IMG/VR virus record: IMGVR_UViG_3300032155_000026
Coordinates: 12,916-76,915 of that record
Reading direction: 5' to 3' (one strand)
Length of the DNA stretch: 64,000 bases
DNA from: a virus
Taxonomy: Duplodnaviria > Heunggongvirae > Uroviricota > Caudoviricetes
Part shown: one piece after another, positions 53,329 to 62,900 of the stretch
Position numbering within the stretch: the stretch's first letter is position 1
Layout: each line of letters opens with the position of its first letter
Notes under the pieces: generated by a model
Told to the model about the DNA's origin: nothing
Databases searched by the model: none
What the model saw: only the letters and a program-made list of their open reading frames with translations
Program-made: the position numbers and the translations under genes

Positions 53329-53694
53329 ATGGCCTTCGACTACAGACAGATCCGGCAGCTGGCCGAGCAGCAGATCAAGGAATACGGACGCCCGATCACG
53401 ATCAAGGGTGAGATCAAGGGGACGTTCGATCCGACCACCGGCAAATACACCGGAGGGTCCCAGACGACGCGCCAGGCCTACGGCATCGTGACGGCTTACG
53501 CGCGCAACGAGATAGACGGCACGCTCATCCAGGCCAAGGACCAGAAGGTGCTTCTCGCCGCCGACAGCCTGTCTGCACCGCCAGAGGTGGGCGAGCTGCT
53601 CGTGGTCGGGTCCGTAGAGTACCGGGTCGTGAGCGTCCGCGCCGTTGAGCCTGGCGGCACCGCCCTCTTGTACAAAGTGCAGGTGCGCAAGTGA
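53329..53694 (+). CDS. head closure / head-tail joining protein
   Basis: Size and position in the module; beta-rich. Confidence 0.45.
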   Translation: MAFDYRQIRQLAEQQIKEYGRPITIKGEIKGTFDPTTGKYTGGSQTTRQAYGIVTAYARNEIDGTLIQAKDQKVLLAADSLSAPPEVGELLVVGSVEYRVVSVRAVEPGGTALLYKVQVRK

Positions 53695-54092
53695 GCAACT
53701 TCGCTGCGGCCCTAGACAGGTTCAAGAAGGAGGCCCTTGAGAAGGTAGAGACGATCGTGCGGGAGTCCGCGATCGAGGTCGGAGACCGCATCGTGCACCG
53801 CACCCCCGTCAAGACCGGTCGGGCGCGGCGAAATTGGGTGGCGACGCTGGGAGCACCCACCAACTACGCCTTGAACGAGTTCGACAAGAATGGGGCGTTG
53901 ACCGTCGCGCGAATCCGGCAGGTGCTGGAGGCGTTCAAGTTGGGGGAAGTCATCTTCATCGCGAACCGTGTGGATTACGCGCTCGGGCTGGAATACGGGC
54001 GCAGCCGCCAGGCGCCGAACGGAATGGTCCGAGTGACGGTTGTCGAGTGGCAGGACATCGTGGCGGCGAAGGCGCGGGCGTTCGGGGGGTAG
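53691..54092 (+). CDS. HK97 gp10-like tail component
   Basis: VKTGRARRNW motif region and position. Confidence 0.5.
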   Translation: MSNFAAALDRFKKEALEKVETIVRESAIEVGDRIVHRTPVKTGRARRNWVATLGAPTNYALNEFDKNGALTVARIRQVLEAFKLGEVIFIANRVDYALGLEYGRSRQAPNGMVRVTVVEWQDIVAAKARAFGG

Positions 54093-54095
54093 GTA

Positions 54096-54506
54096 GTGTC
54101 AGTTTCCGCCATCCAATCAGCCCTGAACGGGCACCTGGCGTCGTTCGCGACTGCGGCATCGCTACGCGTCGCGTACGAGAACAGCGCATTCACCCCAAAC
54201 GACGGCGAGACCTACCTCCAGCCCAGATTGATGCCGGCGCTGCCCGTGGCTGCGGCGCTCGGGGAGGCGGCACAAAACAAGCAGCCAGGTGTATTTCAGG
54301 TGACCATCGTCGCACCGTCCGGCCAGGGCTGGGGCGACTTGTCAGCGCTCGCAGACGGCCTGCGCGCGCATTTCAAACGCGGCACCAAGCTCATGACTGG
54401 CGCGCTGACCGTCACGTCCTCGAGCGTGGGCCCCATGCTGACTGACGACGGTCGCGGCGTGACGCTCCCTGTGAGCGTGGCGTTCCTGGCGTACGTCGAT
54501 AATTAG
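54096..54506 (+). CDS. tail terminator-like protein
   Basis: Position immediately before the major tail gene; 136 aa. Confidence 0.4.
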   Translation: MSVSAIQSALNGHLASFATAASLRVAYENSAFTPNDGETYLQPRLMPALPVAAALGEAAQNKQPGVFQVTIVAPSGQGWGDLSALADGLRAHFKRGTKLMTGALTVTSSSVGPMLTDDGRGVTLPVSVAFLAYVDN

Positions 54507-54518
54507 GGAGGAGAAGTC

Positions 54519-55424
54519 ATGGTTTTCGCGACCGGCGGATTTCACGGCCTGCGGTACGTCCCCGAAGTGACCTGGGGCGACACCCCTGCAACCCCTGCCA
54601 TGGTCGATCTGCGGCACACGTCCTGCTCGCTGGTGCTGTCGAAAGACAGCTTCGAGAGCCAGGAACTGCGGAACGACCGCCAGATCACCGACCTGCGCGT
54701 TGGCGCGCAGAAGATCCAGGGCGACATTGCCTTCGAGCTGTCCTACGGCGAGTTCGACCCGTTCCTTGAAGCCGCGCTGTTCGGTGCGTGGAACACCGAT
54801 GTTCTGAAGGCCGGCACGACGGCGAAGTTCTTCACCATCGAACGCGCCTTCTCCGACATCGGCGTCTACGGCGCGTTCACCGGATGCATGGTGGCGTCGA
54901 TGGCGCTCAGCCTCAAGCCGAACGCCATCGTGACCGGCTCGTTCAACCTCATCGGCAAGGGGGCTGCGTACTCCGATACGCCGCTGGACGCCTCCACGAC
55001 CCCGTCGCAGACGAACCCGGCGCTGGACGCGTTCTCCGGTTCGATCAAGGAGGGCGGGTCTGCCATCGCCGTCGTCACCGGCATCGACCTGCAGGTGGAG
55101 AACGGCCTCGAGGCGGTCTACGTGGTCGGTTCCAACGTGGCCGCGGCTGTCGTGCCTGGCCGCTGCAAGGTGACCGGGACGGTGTCGGCGTACTTCGAGA
55201 ACCAGACGCTGCTGAACAAGTTCATCAACGAGACGGCGTCGGACATCGAGGTCACCCTCGGCAACGGCACCGCGAAGTCGTACAAGATCCTGCTGCCGGA
55301 AGTGCGCTACGCGGGTGCCGACAACCCGGTGTCCGGCGAGGGCCCCGTCGTGCTGAGCATGCCGTTTCAGGCTGTGTACGACACCACCGAGGCCACGAGC
55401 CTCAAGATCACCCGCATCCCGTAA
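54519..55424 (+). CDS. major tail protein
   Basis: 301 aa, beta-rich, strong RBS GGGAGGAGAAGTC-ATG. Followed by chaperone and tape-measure genes. Confidence 0.65.
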   Translation: MVFATGGFHGLRYVPEVTWGDTPATPAMVDLRHTSCSLVLSKDSFESQELRNDRQITDLRVGAQKIQGDIAFELSYGEFDPFLEAALFGAWNTDVLKAGTTAKFFTIERAFSDIGVYGAFTGCMVASMALSLKPNAIVTGSFNLIGKGAAYSDTPLDASTTPSQTNPALDAFSGSIKEGGSAIAVVTGIDLQVENGLEAVYVVGSNVAAAVVPGRCKVTGTVSAYFENQTLLNKFINETASDIEVTLGNGTAKSYKILLPEVRYAGADNPVSGEGPVVLSMPFQAVYDTTEATSLKITRIP

Positions 55425-55442
55425 GACGCAAGGAGGGCGACG

Positions 55443-55826
55443 ATGATTGACCTGAAGACTCTCGACACGACCATGGCCGAACACGGGGTGGCGATGGAAG
55501 TCCTCCACCCCGTGACCAGGGAGCCGATCGGCGCACAGATCAAGCTGGTCGGTTCCGATTCCGAACGGTTCCGCAACCTGTCACGCGAGCTGGTGCGGCG
55601 CCGCGTTGGCAAGAAGCTCTCTGCTGCGTCCGCCGAGATGCTGGAGCAGGAGGCCCTCGAGCTTCTGGCGGACTGCACCCTCGGCTGGTCCGGCGTCATG
55701 CTGGATGGACAGGAGCTGCAGTTCTCCAAGAAGGCGGCCGTGGACCTGTACGCGAGGTTCCCGTGGCTGCGCGAACAGGCTGACGCCTTCATCGCGGACC
55801 GCGCAAATTTTTTGCCGCGGTCGTAG
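55443..55826 (+). CDS. tail assembly chaperone (G-like)
   Basis: Position between major tail and tape measure; slippery site near the 3' end. Confidence 0.6.
   Translation: MIDLKTLDTTMAEHGVAMEVLHPVTREPIGAQIKLVGSDSERFRNLSRELVRRRVGKKLSAASAEMLEQEALELLADCTLGWSGVMLDGQELQFSKKAAVDLYARFPWLREQADAFIADRANFLPRS
55805..55811 (+). other. -1 programmed frameshift slippery heptamer AAATTTT (G/GT-type)
   Basis: XXXYYYZ in the zero frame 12 nt before the stop. The -1 frame continues without a stop into 55841..56167. Confidence 0.6.
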
Positions 55827-55840
55827 CTGACCTGTGCGAG

Positions 55841-56167
55841 GTGCTGCGCGCGAAGCTGGAGTTGGACTACCCGGGGAAGGACGGGCTGAGCAAGCGTGAA
55901 CACCTCGCACAAGTGGAGGCGGCGACCGGGAGGAAAGTGATCGTTGAGCCAGAGCCGCCCTTCGTGGGCGTATACCTCTGGAACTGGTTTTGGGAGCTAA
56001 ACGCTGGCCGTGGGGCCACAGGGTTCGGGCCCGCCCCCTTGTCGTACGAGGGGATAGCAGCGTGGGCGAGACTTGCAGGAGTGTGTCTGACACCGTGGGA
56101 GCTGCGAGCGATCAAGACGCTGGACGCGACCTACATGGCCTTCGTGGCCGAACGGAGTAGCGTGTGA
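55841..56167 (+). CDS. tail assembly chaperone extension (T-like), expressed by -1 frameshift from 55443
   Basis: The -1 frame is open from 55811 and contiguous with this ORF. No independent RBS. Confidence 0.55.
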   Translation: MLRAKLELDYPGKDGLSKREHLAQVEAATGRKVIVEPEPPFVGVYLWNWFWELNAGRGATGFGPAPLSYEGIAAWARLAGVCLTPWELRAIKTLDATYMAFVAERSSV

Positions 56168-58602
56168 CCGACTTTGCCGATCTCGGAGTCCGTGTCCGTG
56201 CTGAGGGCGCTGCGGAGACTGCCAAGCAGCTCGATCAGCTGTCCGCGGCCGGACGGAAGGCGGAAGACTCCACCAAGAATCTCGAGTCTGCCAGCAAGAC
56301 CTTGCAGCAGACCATGCTCAAGCTCGCCGCAGCCGTCGGTGCGTACAAGCTGGCTGGTCTGGTCAAGGACGCGTCTCTGCTGGCCGCCAGGTATCAGACG
56401 CTCGGCGTCGTGATGAACACGGCTGGGCGCAACGCCGGGTACTCCGCGGTAGAAATGTCGCTGTTCGAGGACAGCCTGCGCAAGCAGGGTATCGCCGCTA
56501 TTGAGGCGCGCGAGACCCTCGCGAAGCTGTCTGCCGCGAACATCGACCTGGCGCAGGCATCCAAGCTGGCGCGAGCCTCGCAGGACTTGGCGGTCGTTGG
56601 TGGAATCAACTCTTCTGAGGCGTTCGCGCGCCTGACGCACGGTCTGATCTCCGGCCAGACCGAAATCTTGCGTACGCTCGGGCTGAACGTGACGTTTGAG
56701 CAGTCGTACGCCAGACTGGCCGCGCAGCTCGGAAAGAACGCAGCGCAGCTCACGCAGCAGGAAAAGATCCAGGCCCGCGTGAACATCGCCCTGGAGGCTG
56801 CGGCCAGGTATCAGGGTATTTACGAAGAGTCGATGAAGACGGCGGGCAAGCAGCTGACGTCCATCAAGCGCTACTGGGACGATCTGCTCGTGTCGTTCGG
56901 CAGCGCGCAGCTGCCCGCAGTCAGCCACATCGTCCTGGAGATCACCGAACGTATCAAGGCGATGCAGAAGGTGGTCTCCGACCCGACCATGCAGTCTGAG
57001 CTGGCTGGCATTGGCAAGACGGCCATCGACAGCTTCGACAACCTGGTGGCGTTCGGCGAGGCGGCTGGGCGCGTGTTCCTGAGCGTGCTCGAGGGGTGGA
57101 ACAAGCTCCCGGAGGCTGTCCAGCAGCTCGGCATCGTAGGGGCGCTGGTCGGCGGCATCAAGGGAGCCGCGTTCGTCGGCACGTTCGCACACATGTACGG
57201 CTGGGCCGACAACATGGACAAGGCCATGGCCCTGATCGGGTCCGGCGAGCTGTCCATCGGCGAGTTTTCCAAGATGAACAGCGCCGACCTCGACAAGTAC
57301 CTCAAGAGTCGGGAACGCGGCGCGGTCAGCAGAAAGCTGGACGCAGCCATCACTGGGACAGACGGCATCACCCCCGGCGCGCTTGTGGGGCCCGGCACCG
57401 CGCTCGACATGACCAAGCACCCGGCGATGCTCGACGGCAAGCAGCCGCTCAGCGAAGCCGAGATACGAAAGATCGAGAGCGCGACGAACAAGCTCCGGCT
57501 GGCTATGCTGGAGTTGACCGGGTCGCAGTTCGATCTGGAGATGGAGAAGGCACGGCAGGAGATCGCCGGACTGGCCCGCGTGCTCGGCGAGGGCAGCGCG
57601 CAGGTCCGCGAGTTCGCGACTGCGCGGTATGCCAAGGTTCGGCAAGAGTTCGATCCGGCCTACCACCCGAATCACGGCGTCGCCATCCCGCAGGATGCGC
57701 TCGACCGGGCAGCCGCCGCGACTGACGCGGTATCCGCCGGAAATGCGGCCGCCGCTAGGTCGTACGAAGACCCGAACATGACTAAGATCGTGCTTGAGCG
57801 GTCGAAGACCGAACAGGCCTTCGCTACCGAATTCAAGAGGATCACCCAGGGGAACACCGCGGTCGAGATCGAGGAGCTGCAAAAACGCGTCCGCGAGTGG
57901 GAACGCGCGGGCATCGAGCGCACCCAGATCGAAGAGTACGTGGCGAAGCGCATGGTCGACCTGGAGAAGGAGTCCACGGTCGAACGGCTGCGGCTGCAGA
58001 AGGACTGGGTTTCCGGCGTGCAGCGCGGAATGCTGGAATACGCCTACGAGATGGAGAAGACCAGCGACAACGTCGCGAGGGCCACGATCAAGGCATTCCG
58101 CACGATGGAAGACGCCATAGTCGACTTCGTCATGAAGGGCAAGATCGAGTTCAAGAGCCTGACGAATTCGATCATTGCCGACATGGTGCGCATGGTGGTG
58201 CAGCAGCAGATCACCGCCCCGCTGGCCAAGGCCGGCAGCAACTTCTTCGGCAGCATGTTCAGCAGCATCTTCCACGGCGGCGGCGATGTCGGCGGCGTCG
58301 GTGGGCGGTCCAGGGCTGTTTCTGCCGCGACGTTCATCGGAGCCCCCAGGCTGCACGACGGGCTGGCGCCTGATGAGTTTCCGGCCATCCTGCAGAAAGG
58401 CGAGCGCGTCATCCCGAAGAGCCAGGCTGGCGGTGGCGGTTCCCCGGTGAACATCCGAGTGGACCTCAAAAACGAGTCTGGGCAGCAGCTCAAGGCAACG
58501 CGGCACGAGACGTCGTTCGACGGTGCGGAGTACGTCGTGACCGTGTGGCTGGACGCCTACAACCGCAATGCCTACGGGCTGCGCGAGGCGCTGTCTGGCT
58601 AG
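56164..58602 (+). CDS. tape measure protein
   Basis: 812 aa, alpha-helical and Ala/Gln-rich, GTGA-coupled. Canonical position. Confidence 0.8.
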   Translation: MTDFADLGVRVRAEGAAETAKQLDQLSAAGRKAEDSTKNLESASKTLQQTMLKLAAAVGAYKLAGLVKDASLLAARYQTLGVVMNTAGRNAGYSAVEMSLFEDSLRKQGIAAIEARETLAKLSAANIDLAQASKLARASQDLAVVGGINSSEAFARLTHGLISGQTEILRTLGLNVTFEQSYARLAAQLGKNAAQLTQQEKIQARVNIALEAAARYQGIYEESMKTAGKQLTSIKRYWDDLLVSFGSAQLPAVSHIVLEITERIKAMQKVVSDPTMQSELAGIGKTAIDSFDNLVAFGEAAGRVFLSVLEGWNKLPEAVQQLGIVGALVGGIKGAAFVGTFAHMYGWADNMDKAMALIGSGELSIGEFSKMNSADLDKYLKSRERGAVSRKLDAAITGTDGITPGALVGPGTALDMTKHPAMLDGKQPLSEAEIRKIESATNKLRLAMLELTGSQFDLEMEKARQEIAGLARVLGEGSAQVREFATARYAKVRQEFDPAYHPNHGVAIPQDALDRAAAATDAVSAGNAAAARSYEDPNMTKIVLERSKTEQAFATEFKRITQGNTAVEIEELQKRVREWERAGIERTQIEEYVAKRMVDLEKESTVERLRLQKDWVSGVQRGMLEYAYEMEKTSDNVARATIKAFRTMEDAIVDFVMKGKIEFKSLTNSIIADMVRMVVQQQITAPLAKAGSNFFGSMFSSIFHGGGDVGGVGGRSRAVSAATFIGAPRLHDGLAPDEFPAILQKGERVIPKSQAGGGGSPVNIRVDLKNESGQQLKATRHETSFDGAEYVVTVWLDAYNRNAYGLREALSG

Positions 58603-58618
58603 TGCAATCGATTGCACC
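58601..58618. repeat. palindrome copy 19
   Basis: Overlaps the TAG of the tape measure gene, upstream of 58634. Confidence 0.9.
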
Positions 58619-58633
58619 GAAGGAGAACATGAC

Positions 58634-58969
58634 ATGGCCTGGCCCACGATCATAGCGCCGTCGTCCATCGAAGAGAAGGACTACACGCCGCAGATCAAGA
58701 CCGAAAGCGAGGCGAACTACGTCCAGTCGCGCAGGCGCGGCACGCGTTCGCGCATGCTGTTCAAGCTGACGTGGGAGAGCATGTCGACGACGGACTATGA
58801 ACTGCTGAAAGCGGCTGTCCGCACGGACATGGGTTCGACGTTCTCCTGGACGCACCCGCTGACGTCGACCGTGTACGAGTGCCGCTATTCCAGTGACGGG
58901 GTGCAGGGGCGAGCCCGTGCTGGCCGTGTGGGGTCGTGGACCGTTTCCGTTGAGATCGAGGAGGTCTGA
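58634..58969 (+). CDS. minor tail protein (lambda gpM-like)
   Basis: 111 aa and position. AGGAG RBS. Confidence 0.45.
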   Translation: MAWPTIIAPSSIEEKDYTPQIKTESEANYVQSRRRGTRSRMLFKLTWESMSTTDYELLKAAVRTDMGSTFSWTHPLTSTVYECRYSSDGVQGRARAGRVGSWTVSVEIEEV

Positions 58970-59577
58970 TGCTGCCGCTGTCGACCGCCGCGATTTTCGA
59001 GAAGAACCGACTGGCATCGTCCGGGGCGTGGATTCTCCTGTGCCAGATCACGCTGACGGATGGCACCGTGATTCGCGTCTGTCAGAACGACGAAGACGTG
59101 ATCTGGAACGGAGAACAGTGGGTGGCGTTCCCGTTCGAGATCGACGTGATCGGCTTCGAGCGGAAGGGCGAGATCCCGCGCGCCGTCGCAAAGGTGTCGA
59201 ACGTGACGCGGGCCATAGAAGGCTATCTGCAGTCTGGCGGTGGTGGCGTCGGCAGCAGCGTGTGGCTGGCCGTCGTGCATTCTGACCACCTCGACCTGAC
59301 CGAGCCTGAGATAGAGGCTGATTTCATCTGCACGTCGGCCACGTCTGACGCGAAGTGGGCGACGTTCTCGCTCGGAGCGCCCAGCCACTTCAGGAGGCGC
59401 GTGCCGCAGTGCCGCATCCGGAAGAATAACTGTCGTTTCCGGTTCAAATCCACGGAGTGTGGGTACTCCGGTACGGAGACTGATTGCGACAAGACGCTCG
59501 CGGCCTGCCGCAGCTTCAACAATTCGGTCCGGTACGGCGGCTTCCCCGGCATCGGGAGTGGGAGCGTTTATGTCTAA
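58969..59577 (+). CDS. minor tail protein (lambda gpL-like)
   Basis: C-terminal Cys cluster (CRIRKNNCRFRFKSTECGY...C) as in gpL. TGATG coupling. Confidence 0.55.
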   Translation: MLPLSTAAIFEKNRLASSGAWILLCQITLTDGTVIRVCQNDEDVIWNGEQWVAFPFEIDVIGFERKGEIPRAVAKVSNVTRAIEGYLQSGGGGVGSSVWLAVVHSDHLDLTEPEIEADFICTSATSDAKWATFSLGAPSHFRRRVPQCRIRKNNCRFRFKSTECGYSGTETDCDKTLAACRSFNNSVRYGGFPGIGSGSVYV

Positions 59578-59977
59578 GGCGTGGTTGGAGAAATTCATTG
59601 GCGTGCCGTTCGTTGACGGCGGACGGGAGCTGCGCGGCTGCGATTGCTGGGGTCTGGTCATGCTGGTGTTCGCTGAATACGGCGTGTCGCTTCCCGACTA
59701 CCGGATCTCGTGCTTCCAGAGCGCGGCGATCCACGCCCAGATAGAACGCGCCCGCGTGGAGTGGCGCAGGCTGCCAGAGCCGGCAGAGCCTTCGCTGGTG
59801 GTGTTTAAGAGCACCAACCCGCAGGCGCGTCGCTGCATGACAGACCACCTTGGCGTGTATGTCGGAGGTGGGATGGTGCTGCACACGCTCGTCAAACAGC
59901 AGGCGCACCTGGATAGGATCAGCCACCCGTTTTGGGCCAGGAAGATCGAGGGGTTCTACGAGTATGTCGGACGCTAA
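59570..59977 (+). CDS. tail assembly protein, NlpC/P60 peptidase fold (lambda gpK-like)
   Basis: GCDCWGLV catalytic Cys motif and His further on. Confidence 0.6.
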   Translation: MSKAWLEKFIGVPFVDGGRELRGCDCWGLVMLVFAEYGVSLPDYRISCFQSAAIHAQIERARVEWRRLPEPAEPSLVVFKSTNPQARRCMTDHLGVYVGGGMVLHTLVKQQAHLDRISHPFWARKIEGFYEYVGR

Positions 59978-62900
59978 GATTTACATGACAGTGGTGCGAA
60001 ACCCGTTCCTCTTTCTGTCCGATCCGAACAGGGGCAGGGAGATCGTGGAGCTCGACTACGTGCCGGGCCGTACGCTCATGGAGTACGCCGAGGACTACCG
60101 CCCGTCGGACATGCCCATGGCCTATTCGATCAACGGCGGCGTTACGCCCGGCCTGGCCATCCCCCAGCCAGGCGACTTCTTGGCCGTGTGTCCTGACCAT
60201 CGCGGCGGCGGTGGCGGTGGCGGCGGCAAGAACCCCATAAAGACCATCCTGATGCTGGCTGTGGTTGTTGTCGCGGCCTACGTGGTTGGTCCGGCGGCCG
60301 CAGGCATGGTTGATGCGTCGCTTGGCGTAGGGGCGCTCGCAGGCACGTCCACGCACGCCTTCCTGGTCAGCGCCGCAGGCGCGCTTGCGTCCGCGGCGAC
60401 TATCGCCATCGGCGGCTTGATTTTGAATGCTGCGTTTCCCACGCCGTCACCTGACCTCGGCGGGGCCGCCGTGTCTGCAAGCGATTGGGAGGCAGAGTCC
60501 CCAACGTATGGTTGGGACCAGAGTGCTAACCCGCAGTCTGAGGGACGCGCGTTGCCTGTCATGTTCGGGAAAGTCCGGTGCACGCCGACCATCATCGGCA
60601 AATACGTGACTGCCGCAGACGACGGCAAGCAGTACCTGAACCTCTTGCTGGCCCTCTCCGAGGGAGAGGACGTTCCAGGGTCTGGTCGGGGCGTTGTCGA
60701 GGTCGAGGACATCTACCTCAATGGTCGTCAGATCGGCGATTACACCGGTGTCACGTACGAAGTGCGGCCGGGCACCGTCGATCAGTCCGTGACCGACGGG
60801 TTTGGCGACACCGTTTCCCACGAATCGGTGTCGCGCCCGTTGAAGCGTGGAGAGGATTACTCTTCCAGCAAAGCCTACGCCGTCGGCGACGTGGTGTGGG
60901 AGAATTCCGTGGCCTACGAGGCCATTGCGATCACGAACGCCGGCGAAGCGCCGTCGACGACTCCGGCAAAGTGGCGCACGTACTGGATCGAGATCCCCTT
61001 GTTCGGCACGGCGACGTCGGCTCTTGGTCTTGGCGCGATCTGCCCGTACGGCCTGTACTACGCGAATAACGACGGCGGGCTCTCGCAGGAGAGCATCTAC
61101 CTGGACGTCGACTATAAGATCGATGGCGGGAGCTGGACTCCGTGGCTCGCCGATTACGAGATCTCCGGAGCGCAGCGCGAGCCTGTGACCAAATACTGGC
61201 GCAAGGACGGGCTGGCCGAGGGCAAGTACAGCGTGCGCATGCGTTACCACCGCAAGCCGTCCACGTCGGCGCGGGCCGGCACGCAGTGCACGTTCGACTT
61301 TCTTCAGGAGATCGTGGTCGACGATTTTTCGTACCCATGCACGGCCCTGGTCGCCATACGTGCACTGGCCACTGACCAGCTGTCCGGAGGGCTTCCCAGA
61401 GTAGAGGTCCTGGCCAAGCGCATGACGCTGAGCGTGTGGGACGGGACCGCGTGGGAGCAGAAGGCAGCCACGAACCCGGCGTGGGCCACGTGGAGCCTCA
61501 TCCAGAACGCGCGGTACGGCATGGGCTGGCCCAAGGAGAGAATGCTGTACAGCGAGTTCGCTGACTGGGCAGCTTGGTGCGACGAGAAGGGGCTGACCGT
61601 CAATGTCTACATCGACGTCTTTTCGTCGGGACCGGAGGCGTTGAAGCGCACCAGCGAGCTCGGGCGCGGGACGATGATTCAGCGTGGCATGAACGTCGGG
61701 TGCCTGGCGGACATGCCAGCGGACCCCGTCCAGATGTTTTCTGTCGGCAACATCCTGGCTGATTCGTTCAGCCAGTCGTGGCTGGAGCTGAAAGACCGCG
61801 CGAACGTCATCGAGATCACTTACCCAGACGAAGCGACCGAGTTCACCCGGCAGACGGTGGAGCTGCGCAGGAAGAACCTCGACGAGAACACGGACGACGT
61901 GGTGCGCCAGAGCGTGTCCCTCCCAGGCTGCACGTCGAGGGAGCTGGCGGTCAGGCACGGGCGTTTCTTGCTGAACAGCAACGAGTACCTGCTGCGCACG
62001 GCCATGTGGAAGGCGGACGTCGACGCGATCGCCTGCCAGCCTGGCGACGTGGTCATGCTTCAGCACGACCTCCCGATGTGGGGCGAGGGCGGGCGTGTCG
62101 TCGGCTGTGCGGGCACGACGCTGACTTTGGACAAACAGGTGACCCTGGAGCCCGGCGTGTCGTACGCCGTGCAGCTGCGCTACTCCGTCCTGCCCGCGGC
62201 GTGGGATGCTGGAACGAGTTATCTGCATGGTGCGCACGTTGTCCATGGTGGACGCATGTTCAAAGCGCGCACTAGCGTCGCGGCCGGAACGTCCACCAGT
62301 GACCGCACTTACTGGGCGGCGGTCTCCGACTGGTTTGAGGAGTTGCCAGTGCAATCGGTTGCACTGCAGACGACGACTGCCGTGCTTGAGCTGACGCGCA
62401 CGCCGGCCGGGACCGTCAGCAAATTCGACGTCTACCAGTTTGGAGAGTTGAACAGGCTGCACGACAAATTCCGCGTCCTGTCCATCAGCAGGGACAAGGA
62501 TCTTGTGTGCACCCTGACAGCGCTGGAGTACAATGCGGCTGTCTACAACGATGACGAAGTCATCCCGCCATACTCGACGGCGTCAGCCATCCGCACACAG
62601 TACGGCATAACGGCCAACGAGGTTTGGGAGGTAGGCCCTGATGGCACGGCACTCCCTTACATCATTCTGACGTGGCAGGGCATGGCCGTCTCTTGGGACG
62701 TCTACTACAGAGAGGTCGGCGGTGCCTGGGTGCGTCATGGAACGTCGAGCCGACCGCGGTACAGGATCGACGGGCTGCCCGGCGTCAAGACGTATGAGTT
62801 TTCCGCGGCGACTGGCGCGCCGGATCGCGGTACCAAGGTGCAGCTGAGTGTCGGCGGGAAGGAAAAAATCCCTGACGCGCTCGAGGGCCTGACCATCGCG

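Noticed and set aside
1800-62366. Palindrome copies as a CRISPR array or as generic rho-independent terminators
   Set aside because: The copies are dispersed, not in a direct-repeat plus spacer arrangement. Only the 41329 copy is followed by a U-tract, so termination is not their general role.
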